Of a stretch of 14,869 nucleotides of DNA, positions 1 through 7,218 are shown one piece after another. Position 1 is the first letter of the stretch. Each line of letters starts with the position of its first letter. The notes below the pieces were generated by a model. The model did not search any database. It was not told where the DNA came from and saw only the letters and a list, made by a program, of their open reading frames with translations. Both the position numbers and the translations under genes were made by a program. Origin of the DNA: a virus. Taxonomy: Duplodnaviria; Heunggongvirae; Uroviricota; Caudoviricetes. The stretch is taken from the IMG/VR virus record IMGVR_UViG_2579778929_000006. The stretch is one strand, 5' to 3'.

Positions 1-1132
1 CCCCGGGGGGATGTCATTACGTGAAGTCACTGCATGGGCTCAGCTCCATGACGTTGCAACATTATCTGACGTGGCTCTCCTGAAGCGGCTGCGGAATGCC
101 ACCGACTGGTTTGGCATACTTGCCGCACAAACACTTGCTGTACGCGCCGCAGTTACGGGTTGTACAAGCGGAAAGAGATTGCGTCTTGTCGATGGAACAG
201 CAATCAGTGCGCCCGGGGGCGGCAGCGCTGAATGGCGACTACATATGGGATATGATCCTCATACCTGTCAGTTCACTGATTTTGAGCTAACCGACAGCAG
301 AGACGCTGAACGGCTGGACCGATTTGCGCAAACGGCAGACGAGATACGCATTGCTGACCGGGGATTCGGTTCGCGTCCCGAATGTATCCGCTCACTTGCT
401 TTTGGAGAAGCTGATTATATCGTCCGGGTTCACTGGCGAGGATTGCGCTGGTTAACTGCAGAAGGAATGCGCTTTGACATGATGGGTTTTCTGCGCGGGC
501 TGGATTGCGGTAAGAACGGTGAAACCACTGTAATGATAGGCAATTCAGGTAATAAAAAAGCCGGAGCTCCCTTTCCGGCACGTCTCATTGCCGTATCACT
601 TCCTCCCGAAAAAGCATTAATCAGTAAAACCCGACTGCTCAGCGAGAATCGTCGAAAAGGACGAGTAGTTCAGGCGGAAACGCTGGAAGCAGCGGGCCAT
701 GTGCTATTGCTAACATCATTACCGGAAGATGAATATTCAGCAGAGCAAGTGGCTGATTGTTACCGTCTGCGATGGCAAATTGAACTGGCTTTTAAGCGGC
801 TCAAAAGTTTGCTGCACCTGGATGCTTTGCGTGCAAAGGAACCTGAACTCGCGAAAGCGTGGATATTTGCTAATCTACTCGCCGCATTTTTAATTGACGA
901 CATAATCCAGCCATCGCTGGATTTCCCCCCCAGAAGTGCCGGATCCGAAAAGAAGAACTAACTCGTTGTGGAGAATAACAAAAATGGTCATCTGGAGCTT
1001 ACAGGTGGCCATTCGTGGGACAGTATCCCTGACAGCCTACAAAACGCAATTGAAGAACGCGAGGCATCGTCTTAACGAGGCACCGAGGCGTCGCATTCTT
1101 CAGATGGTTCAACCCTTAAGTTAGCGCTTATG
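1..1132 (+). mobile_element. IS186 (IS4 family), partial: left ~200 bp lie outside the window; right end at ~1132
   Basis: Transposase ORF runs in frame from the first bases of the window. Positions 1110-1132 (caacccttaagttagcgcttatg) are the reverse complement of the IS186 terminal inverted repeat as I recall it (CATAAGCGCTAACTTAAGGGTTG). The phage reading frame resumes immediately after 1132. Confidence 0.8.
2..961 (+). CDS. insL: IS186 transposase (IS4-family DDE transposase), N-terminally truncated by the window edge
   Basis: 316-aa ORF (11..961) continues upstream in frame (ccc ggg ggg atg = PGGM). Translation MSLREVTAWAQLHDVATLSDVALLKRLRN...YRLRWQIELAFKRLKSLLHLD matches my memory of the IS186 InsL protein. 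Confidence 0.8.
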   Translation, partial: PGGMSLREVTAWAQLHDVATLSDVALLKRLRNATDWFGILAAQTLAVRAAVTGCTSGKRLRLVDGTAISAPGGGSAEWRLHMGYDPHTCQFTDFELTDSRDAERLDRFAQTADEIRIADRGFGSRPECIRSLAFGEADYIVRVHWRGLRWLTAEGMRFDMMGFLRGLDCGKNGETTVMIGNSGNKKAGAPFPARLIAVSLPPEKALISKTRLLSENRRKGRVVQAETLEAAGHVLLLTSLPEDEYSAEQVADCYRLRWQIELAFKRLKSLLHLDALRAKEPELAKAWIFANLLAAFLIDDIIQPSLDFPPRSAGSEKKN

Positions 1133-1601
1133 GGCTGACGGGGACTATGTCGTCTGGGCTAAAGAAGTGCCCGGCATTACCCGCGCATGGACATACCGTC
1201 ACTGGATGGGAACGGGAACTGTCGGTGTGATGATTGCCAGCAGTGACCTGATTAATCCCATTCCGGAAGAATCAACGGAAACGGCAGCAAGACAACATAT
1301 CGGGCCACTGGCCCCGGTGGCAGGCTCTGATTTGTATGTATTCAGGCCGGTGGCACATACGGTGGATTTTCATATCCGCGTGACGCCGGACACACCAGAA
1401 ATACGGGCTGCCATTACCGCGGAGTTGCGTTCGTTCCTGCTGCGTGATGGTTATCCGCAGGGAGAACTGAAGGTATCGCGTATCAGTGAGGCGATTTCCG
1501 GTGCGAACGGGGAATACAGCCATCAGTTGCTTGCACCGGTGGACAATATCTCCATTGCGAAAAACGAACTGGCGGTACTGGGGACGATTTCATGGACGTG
1601 A
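1133..1601 (+). pseudogene. Phage baseplate assembly protein (P2 gpJ / Mu gp47 / e14 YmfP type), C-terminal fragment; 5' part displaced by the IS186 insertion
   Basis: The reading frame of ORF 1167..1601 is open back to the IS186 end at 1132 (…WADGDYVVWAKEVPGITRAW…). Its stop overlaps the start of the next tail gene (1592), as is typical of baseplate operons. Family assignment is by gene order and recollection. Confidence 0.55.
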
Positions 1602-2176
1602 CAAACGATGATTACATCCGCCTGTTATCGGCACTGTTGCCGCCCGGTCCGGCGTGGTCAGCCAGCGATCCGGCGATTGCCGGTGCGGCACCGTCATTAA
1701 CCCGTGTTCATCAGCGTGCGGATGCCCTGATGCGGGAGCTGGATCCGCGCACCACCACTGAACTGATAAACCGCTGGGAGCGTCTGTGCGGTCTGCCGGA
1801 TGAATGTATTCCCGCAGGGACACAGACCCTTCGTCAGCGTCAGCAACGGCTGGATGCGAAGGTTAACCTGGCGGGCAGCATCAACGAGAATTTTTATCTT
1901 GCACAGCTTGCTGCCCTGGGCAGACCAGATGCCAACATCACGCGATACGACAAAAGCACGTTCACCTGCTCATCGGTCTGTACTGACGCGGTGAATGCGC
2001 CGGAATGGCGGTATTACTGGCAGGTCAACATGCCAGCCGCCACAAACACCACCTGGATGACATGTGGCGATCCCTGTGATTCCGCGCTGCGTATCTGGGG
2101 CGACACCGTTGTCGAATGTGTGCTTAACAAACTCTGCCCGTCGCATACCTACGTAATTTTTAAATATCCGGAGTAA
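1592..2176 (+). CDS. Phage tail/baseplate protein (P2 gpI / Mu gp48 / e14 YmfQ type)
   Basis: 194-aa ORF, translationally coupled to the upstream J-type gene and followed 3 bp later by the tail-fibre gene. Position in the J-I-H-G order supports the call; the size matches the e14 YmfQ class from memory. Confidence 0.6.
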   Translation: MDVTNDDYIRLLSALLPPGPAWSASDPAIAGAAPSLTRVHQRADALMRELDPRTTTELINRWERLCGLPDECIPAGTQTLRQRQQRLDAKVNLAGSINENFYLAQLAALGRPDANITRYDKSTFTCSSVCTDAVNAPEWRYYWQVNMPAATNTTWMTCGDPCDSALRIWGDTVVECVLNKLCPSHTYVIFKYPE

Positions 2177-2179
2177 TCC

Positions 2180-3109
2180 ATGCATCGTATAGACACGAAA
2201 ACCGCGCAGAAGGATAAGTTCGGCGCGGGTAAGAACGGTTTTACCCGTGGTAACCCCCAGACCGGCACACCTGCCACCGATCTGGATGATGACTACTTTG
2301 ACATGTTGCAGGAGGAACTTTGCAGTGTTGTGGAGGCATCCGGTGCCAGCCTGGAGAAGGGGCGGCATGACCAGCTGCTTACAGCGCTTCGTGCGCTGCT
2401 GTTAAGCCGCAAGAATCCGTTTGGCGATATCAAATCGGATGGTACTGTGCAAACGGCTCTCGAAAACCTTGGTTTAGTAAATAACGGCGCAGTCGGTCGT
2501 CTGATTGGCATGCAGATAATCAAGACGTCTGGCACTTACACCAAAACTCCCGGAGCAATGTTCGCGGATGTCATCGCTATTGGGGGCGGTGGGGGCGGCG
2601 GATGGGCAACTTCCACAGCAAACTATAACGCCGCGGGTGGTGGTGGCGGTGGCGGTGGAATGGCACGTGGTCTCTTTAACCTGTCTGCAATATCAACCGT
2701 GCTTGTCACGATTGGTGCGGGTGGTAATGGCGGTATTGCCTCGACGATGACCAATGGCACGCAGGGTGGTACGACGACTTTTGGCTCTTATCTCTCAGCA
2801 AGTGGAGGCCAGCCAGGCAGCGGCTGCACTGCGTCAGGCTCCTCTGCGTCATGTGGCATGGGCGGTCAGGGTGGCACTTCGACCGTGGGTGCCATTTTGT
2901 GCAACGGGTACGCCGGGCTACCCGGTGTGATGGCAACCCCAACAGCAGTCGGAGGGAGTGTAGGTCACGGTCTTGGCGGCGGTAGCTTTATTTCTGGCCC
3001 TGGTGGGTATGGTGCGGGTGGTAATAGCGCGGCAACCGGTGGTGGGATGCAGAATGTCAACGGCAACCCGGGCAATGCTGGCGTGATTATTATTCTGGAG
3101 TACGCGTAA
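2180..3109 (+). CDS. Tail fibre protein with conserved N-terminal baseplate-attachment region and glycine-rich, low-complexity C-terminal region
   Basis: 309-aa ORF. N-terminus [51 protein letters not shown] resembles tail-fibre N-termini. C-terminal two thirds are Gly/Ser/Thr-rich with two poly-Gly runs (GGGGGGG, GGGGGGGG). The stop overlaps the start of the assembly gene. Confidence 0.6.
   Translation: MHRIDTKTAQKDKFGAGKNGFTRGNPQTGTPATDLDDDYFDMLQEELCSVVEASGASLEKGRHDQLLTALRALLLSRKNPFGDIKSDGTVQTALENLGLVNNGAVGRLIGMQIIKTSGTYTKTPGAMFADVIAIGGGGGGGWATSTANYNAAGGGGGGGGMARGLFNLSAISTVLVTIGAGGNGGIASTMTNGTQGGTTTFGSYLSASGGQPGSGCTASGSSASCGMGGQGGTSTVGAILCNGYAGLPGVMATPTAVGGSVGHGLGGGSFISGPGGYGAGGNSAATGGGMQNVNGNPGNAGVIIILEYA
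2457..2484. other. Candidate crossover site for a Din-family DNA invertase (hix/gix/cix/pix-like) inside the tail-fibre gene
   Basis: ctctcGAAAACCttGGTTTagtaaataa carries the palindromic core AAACC-nn-GGTTT. By my recollection it matches hixL (TTCTTGAAAACCAAGGTTTTTGATAA) at about 17 of 26 positions. It sits at the expected constant/variable junction of the fibre gene. Confidence 0.4.
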
Positions 3110-3516
3110 TGAATAGCAGATATGCAGTGATTGAAAATGGCACCGTGACCAACATTATCGTGTGGGATGGTGAAACAGTATTCTCCGCAGGAGATAATCA
3201 ACTGTTTATGCCCATTCAGGATAATGCAGGTATTGGCTGGTCATGGTCAGATGATGGCGGTGTATTTATTCCTCCGCCTGCCCCAAAAAAAACACCAGAA
3301 CAACTGGTTGCAGAAGCCAAAGCGGAAAAACAGACCAGACTTGATTTTGCGACCACAAAAATTGTCGTCTGGCAGACAAAGTTGCTGATGGGTCGCAAGC
3401 TCACGGACGAAGAAAGCACACAGCTAAATGCCTGGATGGACTACATCGACGCGGTGACGACAATCGACCCCTCCACCGCGCCGGATGTCATCTGGCCTGA
3501 ACTGCCGGAGGAGTAG
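3109..3516 (+). CDS. Tail fibre assembly protein (Tfa; Mu U / P2 gpG / e14 TfaP type)
   Basis: 135-aa ORF with start overlapping the tail-fibre stop (taATGa). C-terminal …LNAWMDYIDAVTTIDPSTAPDVIWPELPEE is the conserved Tfa C-terminal signature. Confidence 0.65.
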   Translation: MNSRYAVIENGTVTNIIVWDGETVFSAGDNQLFMPIQDNAGIGWSWSDDGGVFIPPPAPKKTPEQLVAEAKAEKQTRLDFATTKIVVWQTKLLMGRKLTDEESTQLNAWMDYIDAVTTIDPSTAPDVIWPELPEE

Positions 3517-3675
3517 GCCATTCAATATCTGGCGCACTGGAGGTATCAACCAGCTCCAGTGCATCCAGATAATCCAGCCACAGATTAAACTGCACTTTTC
3601 ATCATCAGACAATCGTCCAGGCGCGAGCCTGGATGCTGGCATCTCTGCCCAATTTAAATTTGAGAGGTAATTATG

Positions 3676-4227
3676 TTAACAGTTAATCCACCAGTATGTG
3701 CCGGGTGCCTGCGGGTAAGTGGCGGCGGCAACCTCGTGAACCATCCCCCAATCCAGAGCTGTGGAGGCATTGGCTATGGTGGCGGCGGAGATAACCTCCT
3801 TCCACTCATTGCGGCTCTTACTGAGCTCAATCTGACTCTCCAAAATATCGACAAAACGCTCCAGGTCATTATTGAGACACGCGCTCCACTCACTGACGCG
3901 TGAGTGATCCACGCTTGGGCCCATCAAGCCCCAGTGAAAAGGATGCAGTAAGAACCGACTCCCAGGATTCGCCTTACGTTCAGACCCTGCAAGAAAAATG
4001 ATATTAGCGACTGATTCAACATTGCTAAGGTTATGGGTCTTTACTGGGATTGGTAGGGCCTTTAGAAAGTGATAAGCAGTAAAACCTGCAACGAGGTCAC
4101 CGCCCGGACTGGAAATGTAAATGTTTAACTCAGTCGCCCCCTGATTGATAGCTCCAAGGCAATTGCTAATTAAAGCGTTAACGGTGGACTGATTTACGGG
4201 CACCGTGAAATTCATAGTATGCAGCAT
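3676..4227 (-). CDS. ClpP-fold (peptidase S14/S49-like) serine protease homologue, orphan
   Basis: Minus-strand ORF with AGGAGA 5 nt upstream of ATG at 4227-4225 (the track ORF starts one codon earlier at a GTG). NIYISSPGG aligns to the ClpP YINSPGG motif. A Ser lies 28 residues after SPGG in NVESVA, the same spacing as ClpP Ser97, and a His follows 22 residues later in RFLLHP (ClpP His122, spacing 24). The third catalytic residue was not confirmed. Confidence 0.5.
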   Translation of the reverse strand: MLHTMNFTVPVNQSTVNALISNCLGAINQGATELNIYISSPGGDLVAGFTAYHFLKALPIPVKTHNLSNVESVANIIFLAGSERKANPGSRFLLHPFHWGLMGPSVDHSRVSEWSACLNNDLERFVDILESQIELSKSRNEWKEVISAATIANASTALDWGMVHEVAAATYPQAPGTYWWINC

Positions 4228-4294
4228 CACTATCTCCTTGTTTAGTTAGTGGACACATTACCCTGGGAGCAATAAAAAACATAACGCATACTGC

Positions 4295-4740
4295 ATGCTT
4301 AGTTGGTGACCGGCGATCTAAGTTTAGCAAGGATGCATATCTGAAGGCGATACGCTGGTGGTCTGAAAGCGTGACCGCCTCGGTCGCAGCATGCGACATC
4401 TTGTTGGGTTAGTGGAGGAACTGCGGGAGAAAGGTGTTAACTTCCGGAGCCTGACGGATAGCATCGATACGAGTACGCCTATGGGGCGCTTCTTCTTTCA
4501 TGTGATGGGTGCCCTGGCTGAAATGGAGCGAGAGTTTATTGTCGAACGTACTAGGGCGGCTTTGCCGCAGCACGACAAGAAGGGAGGAACGGTGGGCGAA
4601 AGCCAAAGCTGACAGTAGAACAATGGGGGCAGGCTGGCAGGTTGATTGAATCGGGAATATATCAGCAGCAAGTCGCACTGATTTATGATCTGGATATTTC
4701 AACGGTGTATAAAAAATTCCCTGTAGCAAGTAAACCATAG
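4295..4740 (+). pseudogene. DNA invertase (serine recombinase, Pin/Gin/Hin/Cin family), disrupted
   Basis: Translation across frames gives EGDTLVV*KRDRLGRSMRHLVGLVEELREKGVNFRSLTDSIDTSTPMGRFFFHVMGALAEMEREFIVERT…, then after a frameshift RKPKLTVEQWGQAGRLIESGIYQQQVALIYDLDISTVYKKFPVASKP*. This matches invertase sequence from the middle of the catalytic domain through the C-terminal HTH. Defects: in-frame TGA at 4364-4366 where Trp is expected, a frameshift near 4590-4600, and most of the N-terminal catalytic region missing (ATGCTT at 4295 followed by an apparent deletion). Confidence 0.7.
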
Positions 4741-4766
4741 CCTTACGCCACATTGATGATCGCGGA

Positions 4767-5462
4767 TTATGCACTATTTTTAGGTCTTGTAACCCGAGGT
4801 GGGAGTTGTTTGGTTATATGTTCAAGTGATTTTTTGCCCAAGATAGTTCTTTGGACAAAACTTTCTATAGCTTCTAGCATTTGTTCGAACTCACTTTTAT
4901 TCGGGCTCCAACTGCGATGTGCGGCGGCGTTTCCTGCATCAATTACTGAAGATATAACGCATGCCTCAGTGTCGCCTATGACTCCATCTTGTTTTAATTT
5001 TTCAACTTTTTCACCAAGCGGCAAACCGGGGTGAATTTGTAACAGTTCAGCAGTTCGATCAAAAATCGTCCGTAAACCGATGGACGAAAGAATGAAATGG
5101 TCAGAAGTATATGAAGAATACATTTCATTAAATATTTGAAAGAGCTGACGATCAACTGATTCAAGCTTGGATAACCATATCGGAGCTTGAAATGTTTCAG
5201 CGGCAGGATAGGTAGTGATCATATCTATAGGCGTTTCTACAAATTCACCATCACGATATTCGTGGGTAGTATGCTCACTGAAGTGTTCGTTGTGGTGATA
5301 GAAGACAGTATCACAGCCATTGCATTGGAGTAGGTGATGGTAATGGTACCCATAAACTGGATATTGGGAATCCTCCCAGCTAGTGGTTAGCTTCCCATGC
5401 ACAGTGCAGTTACGTAACCCACCGCATGTAGGGCAAAGAGCCTTGAGTATTTCCTTTTTCAT
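4767..5462 (-). CDS. Hypothetical protein: N-terminal zinc ribbon plus C-terminal HEPN-like (DUF4145-type) domain; candidate defence/abortive-infection factor
   Basis: 231-aa ORF. Cys pairs C10-x2-C13 and C47-x2-C50 (CPTCGG…CNGCD) flank a His/Tyr-rich stretch. The C-terminal helical region carries GNAAAH, which I recall as the signature of Pfam DUF4145. GC content is visibly lower than in flanking genes. The RBS is weak. Confidence 0.5.
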   Translation of the reverse strand: MKKEILKALCPTCGGLRNCTVHGKLTTSWEDSQYPVYGYHYHHLLQCNGCDTVFYHHNEHFSEHTTHEYRDGEFVETPIDMITTYPAAETFQAPIWLSKLESVDRQLFQIFNEMYSSYTSDHFILSSIGLRTIFDRTAELLQIHPGLPLGEKVEKLKQDGVIGDTEACVISSVIDAGNAAAHRSWSPNKSEFEQMLEAIESFVQRTILGKKSLEHITKQLPPRVTRPKNSA

Positions 5463-5810
5463 AAAGTCTCTGATTCTATATGTAGGTTAAGACCACTATT
5501 AGCTATACGGACCTAATAATCAATCGTGTGCAGATACAAAAAAGCCCGTATAGCGGGATTTCATGTCACTAAGGGCCGCGGCTACTTTGCGTATCTTTTT
5601 TGTCTTCTCACCGTCTGGCCGGTATTTTGCTGAGACTGCTTATTTCCAGTTTTTACTAGTGCTGTACTGGTACTGCCCAATCATGATTGGTGGGGGACGG
5701 AGTTGAGACTGCAGCCACGTCGTATGCAAGAACGCGCTGCGGTTGGCTGGTGAACTTTCGATAGTGCGAGTATTGAATGATTTCCAGCCGTTACAGATTT
5801 TACGTGTTTA

Positions 5811-6059
5811 TTAGTGAACAAACCACTCGTCAGCAGATTCCCAGGTATCTTTCAGAGTCTCCTGAACAAAAGTTTTTGCAGAATCCTTATCTGCGGTGCG
5901 TGTAACAGAAAGGCCATCATTGCTGGTGGCTTTTACTAACACCTCAACATCGTCATAACGCTTACTGATGCGTCGGGTTAATTCTTCCTTTAACGCATCC
6001 ACAGCACCGGTTGGCATTTTAGTCATTTTTTCTTTGGCTATGCAGATTTCAATACGCAT
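5811..6059 (-). CDS. dinI: DinI-family protein (DNA-damage-inducible protein I homologue)
   Basis: 82-aa [14 protein letters not shown]…[11 protein letters not shown] closely resembles E. coli DinI (MRIEVTIAK…ETWESADDWFV). GGAGGG RBS upstream. Confidence 0.8.
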   Translation of the reverse strand: MRIEICIAKEKMTKMPTGAVDALKEELTRRISKRYDDVEVLVKATSNDGLSVTRTADKDSAKTFVQETLKDTWESADEWFVH

Positions 6060-6074
6060 AAAAGTCCCTCCATA

Positions 6075-6090
6075 CTGTGTTTGTATACAG
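6075..6090 (-). promoter_or_regulatory. LexA (SOS) box upstream of the dinI-like gene
   Basis: CTGTgtttgtatACAG is a perfect CTGT-N8-ACAG. The 20-mer 6073-6092 (TACTGTGTTTGTATACAGCA) matches the consensus TACTGTATATATATACAGTA at 16 of 20 positions. It lies 16-31 bp upstream of the dinI-like start codon. Confidence 0.55.
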
Positions 6091-6120
6091 CATTATTTTT
6101 AACTGTATGGATAAACAGTG

Positions 6121-7218
6121 TCAAGAGGTCTTATTTCTGCTCCTTTGGAGCTCTTCAAAACGATTATGTAAAGATTTCGGATACAGTTCGGTATATACCT
6201 GCCATAGCACGTTTAATGAACGATGCCCTGTAACTTGGGCGACTTCCTCAATACTAAAACCAGCCTCAAATAAGCGACTTGCCCCTTCTCTACGCAAATC
6301 ATGGTATCGCAGATCCTTAATACCTAATTTGCTTCTTACTCTCTGAAATCCCGCAGTAACAGAAGTGCTGTTATATGGAAAAATGAATTCCGATTTTTGG
6401 GGCTGTCGTTGGACGATATCCCAGGCTTCCCCAAGCAAGGCTACTTTCATGTGGTTACCTTCCTTTTTGCGTGGATCTTTCCTGTCTCTTACGAGTATAG
6501 ATTTTTGTTCCTGGTCGAGATCTTCCCATCGTAACCGGCATACTTCTCCGATTCGCATACAGGACCATACAGAAAATTTGAGGATATCAACGAACGGAAT
6601 TTTTGAGCATTTATGAGTAGATCGTTGTTGAAGGCCTGCAATGAGCATGTCCAGTTCATCAGATGCTGGTCTACGATTACGACGGTTTGATTTACCAATC
6701 AAACCAAGTTTAAGTAGATATGGGCGAGCGCTTTTCGCCGGGTTTGATGTGTAATTAATTCCGTATACAGGTTTGGCCGCATCCAGAACACTGCCAAGAT
6801 AACTAACATCGTGGCTGACTGTTGCAGGACCTGCACCAGCGTTGTTTCTTAGCCTGCAATGTTCAATTACGTCATTTTCTGTCAGTTCAGATAGTTTGAT
6901 CGCGGAGATGTCACTATCCATAAGCAGTTCCAGCACATATCTTTTAGTACGGCCTGCTTTACCTCCGGCATTTGGGTCATTTAAATATTTGTGTAGTAAG
7001 TCACGGACTGTAAGTCCGTCAACTGCATTTGATGATGGAATGCCATATAGATCTAATTCCATCACTTTCTGTGTGCCCCATGTTTTGGCATGAGCATGTT
7101 TAGGGAATGTTTTGCTTTCCCTGTAAGTGATAACACCTTTTTCTTTGATAATCACATTACAGCGATAGCGTGGTGTGCCATCGGATTTTAGTCGTTTCTC
7201 TATGTTATAGTACGCCAT
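6121..7218 (-). CDS. Tyrosine site-specific integrase, candidate dusA-associated integrase
   Basis: 365-aa ORF with C-terminal …LRYHDLRREGASRLFEAGFSIEEVAQVTGHRSLNVLWQVYTELYP, consistent with the H-x-x-R … Y catalytic signature of tyrosine recombinases. GAGG RBS. Start codon is 89 bp from the divergent dusA start. Confidence 0.85.
   Translation of the reverse strand: MAYYNIEKRLKSDGTPRYRCNVIIKEKGVITYRESKTFPKHAHAKTWGTQKVMELDLYGIPSSNAVDGLTVRDLLHKYLNDPNAGGKAGRTKRYVLELLMDSDISAIKLSELTENDVIEHCRLRNNAGAGPATVSHDVSYLGSVLDAAKPVYGINYTSNPAKSARPYLLKLGLIGKSNRRNRRPASDELDMLIAGLQQRSTHKCSKIPFVDILKFSVWSCMRIGEVCRLRWEDLDQEQKSILVRDRKDPRKKEGNHMKVALLGEAWDIVQRQPQKSEFIFPYNSTSVTAGFQRVRSKLGIKDLRYHDLRREGASRLFEAGFSIEEVAQVTGHRSLNVLWQVYTELYPKSLHNRFEELQRSRNKTS

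Noticed and set aside
96-1124. ORFs 96..290, 273..581 (minus) and 936..1124 inside IS186
   Set aside because: They overlap the transposase in other frames or lie in the IS186 3' non-coding end, with no independent support.
1272-3419. Many overlapping or antisense ORFs across the tail genes (for example 1272..1523, 1970..2368, 2293..2535, 2706..2942, 2965..3201, 3216..3419)
   Set aside because: They are alternate-frame or antisense to well-supported, translationally coupled tail genes. The GC- and Gly-codon-rich sequence inflates ORF length by chance.
3424-3903. ORFs 3424..3642 (minus), 3485..3670 (plus) and 3673..3903 (plus)
   Set aside because: They overlap the tfa 3' end or are antisense to the ClpP-like gene, with no RBS or recognisable motifs. 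The 3616-3633 hairpin in the intergenic region was noted but has no flanking T-run.
3676-4230. Idea that the minus-strand ORF is the alternative tail-fibre variable segment of the invertible cassette
   Set aside because: It has its own RBS and start and aligns to ClpP through the SPGG, Ser and His positions, so it is a separate gene rather than a fibre C-terminal fragment. The unusual location is reported as a finding.
4178-4774. ORFs 4178..4399 (minus) and 4409..4774 (minus)
   Set aside because: They are antisense to, or overlap, the invertase remnant, whose homology across two frames explains this stretch.
4753-5034. Plus-strand ORF 4753..5034
   Set aside because: Antisense to the zinc-ribbon/HEPN-like gene, with no motifs or RBS.
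3517-5800. Interpreting the region after the tail-fibre assembly gene as the P2 Z/fun-type defence hotspot
   Set aside because: The Din-type invertase remnant right after the fibre/assembly genes fits a Mu/e14-type invertible module better than P2, which lacks an invertase. The defence-cargo idea is kept only for the individual orphan genes.
6077-7093. Plus-strand ORFs 6077..6346, 6365..6616, 6842..7093 and minus-strand 6489..6698
   Set aside because: They lie inside or antisense to the integrase gene, which has clear catalytic motifs.
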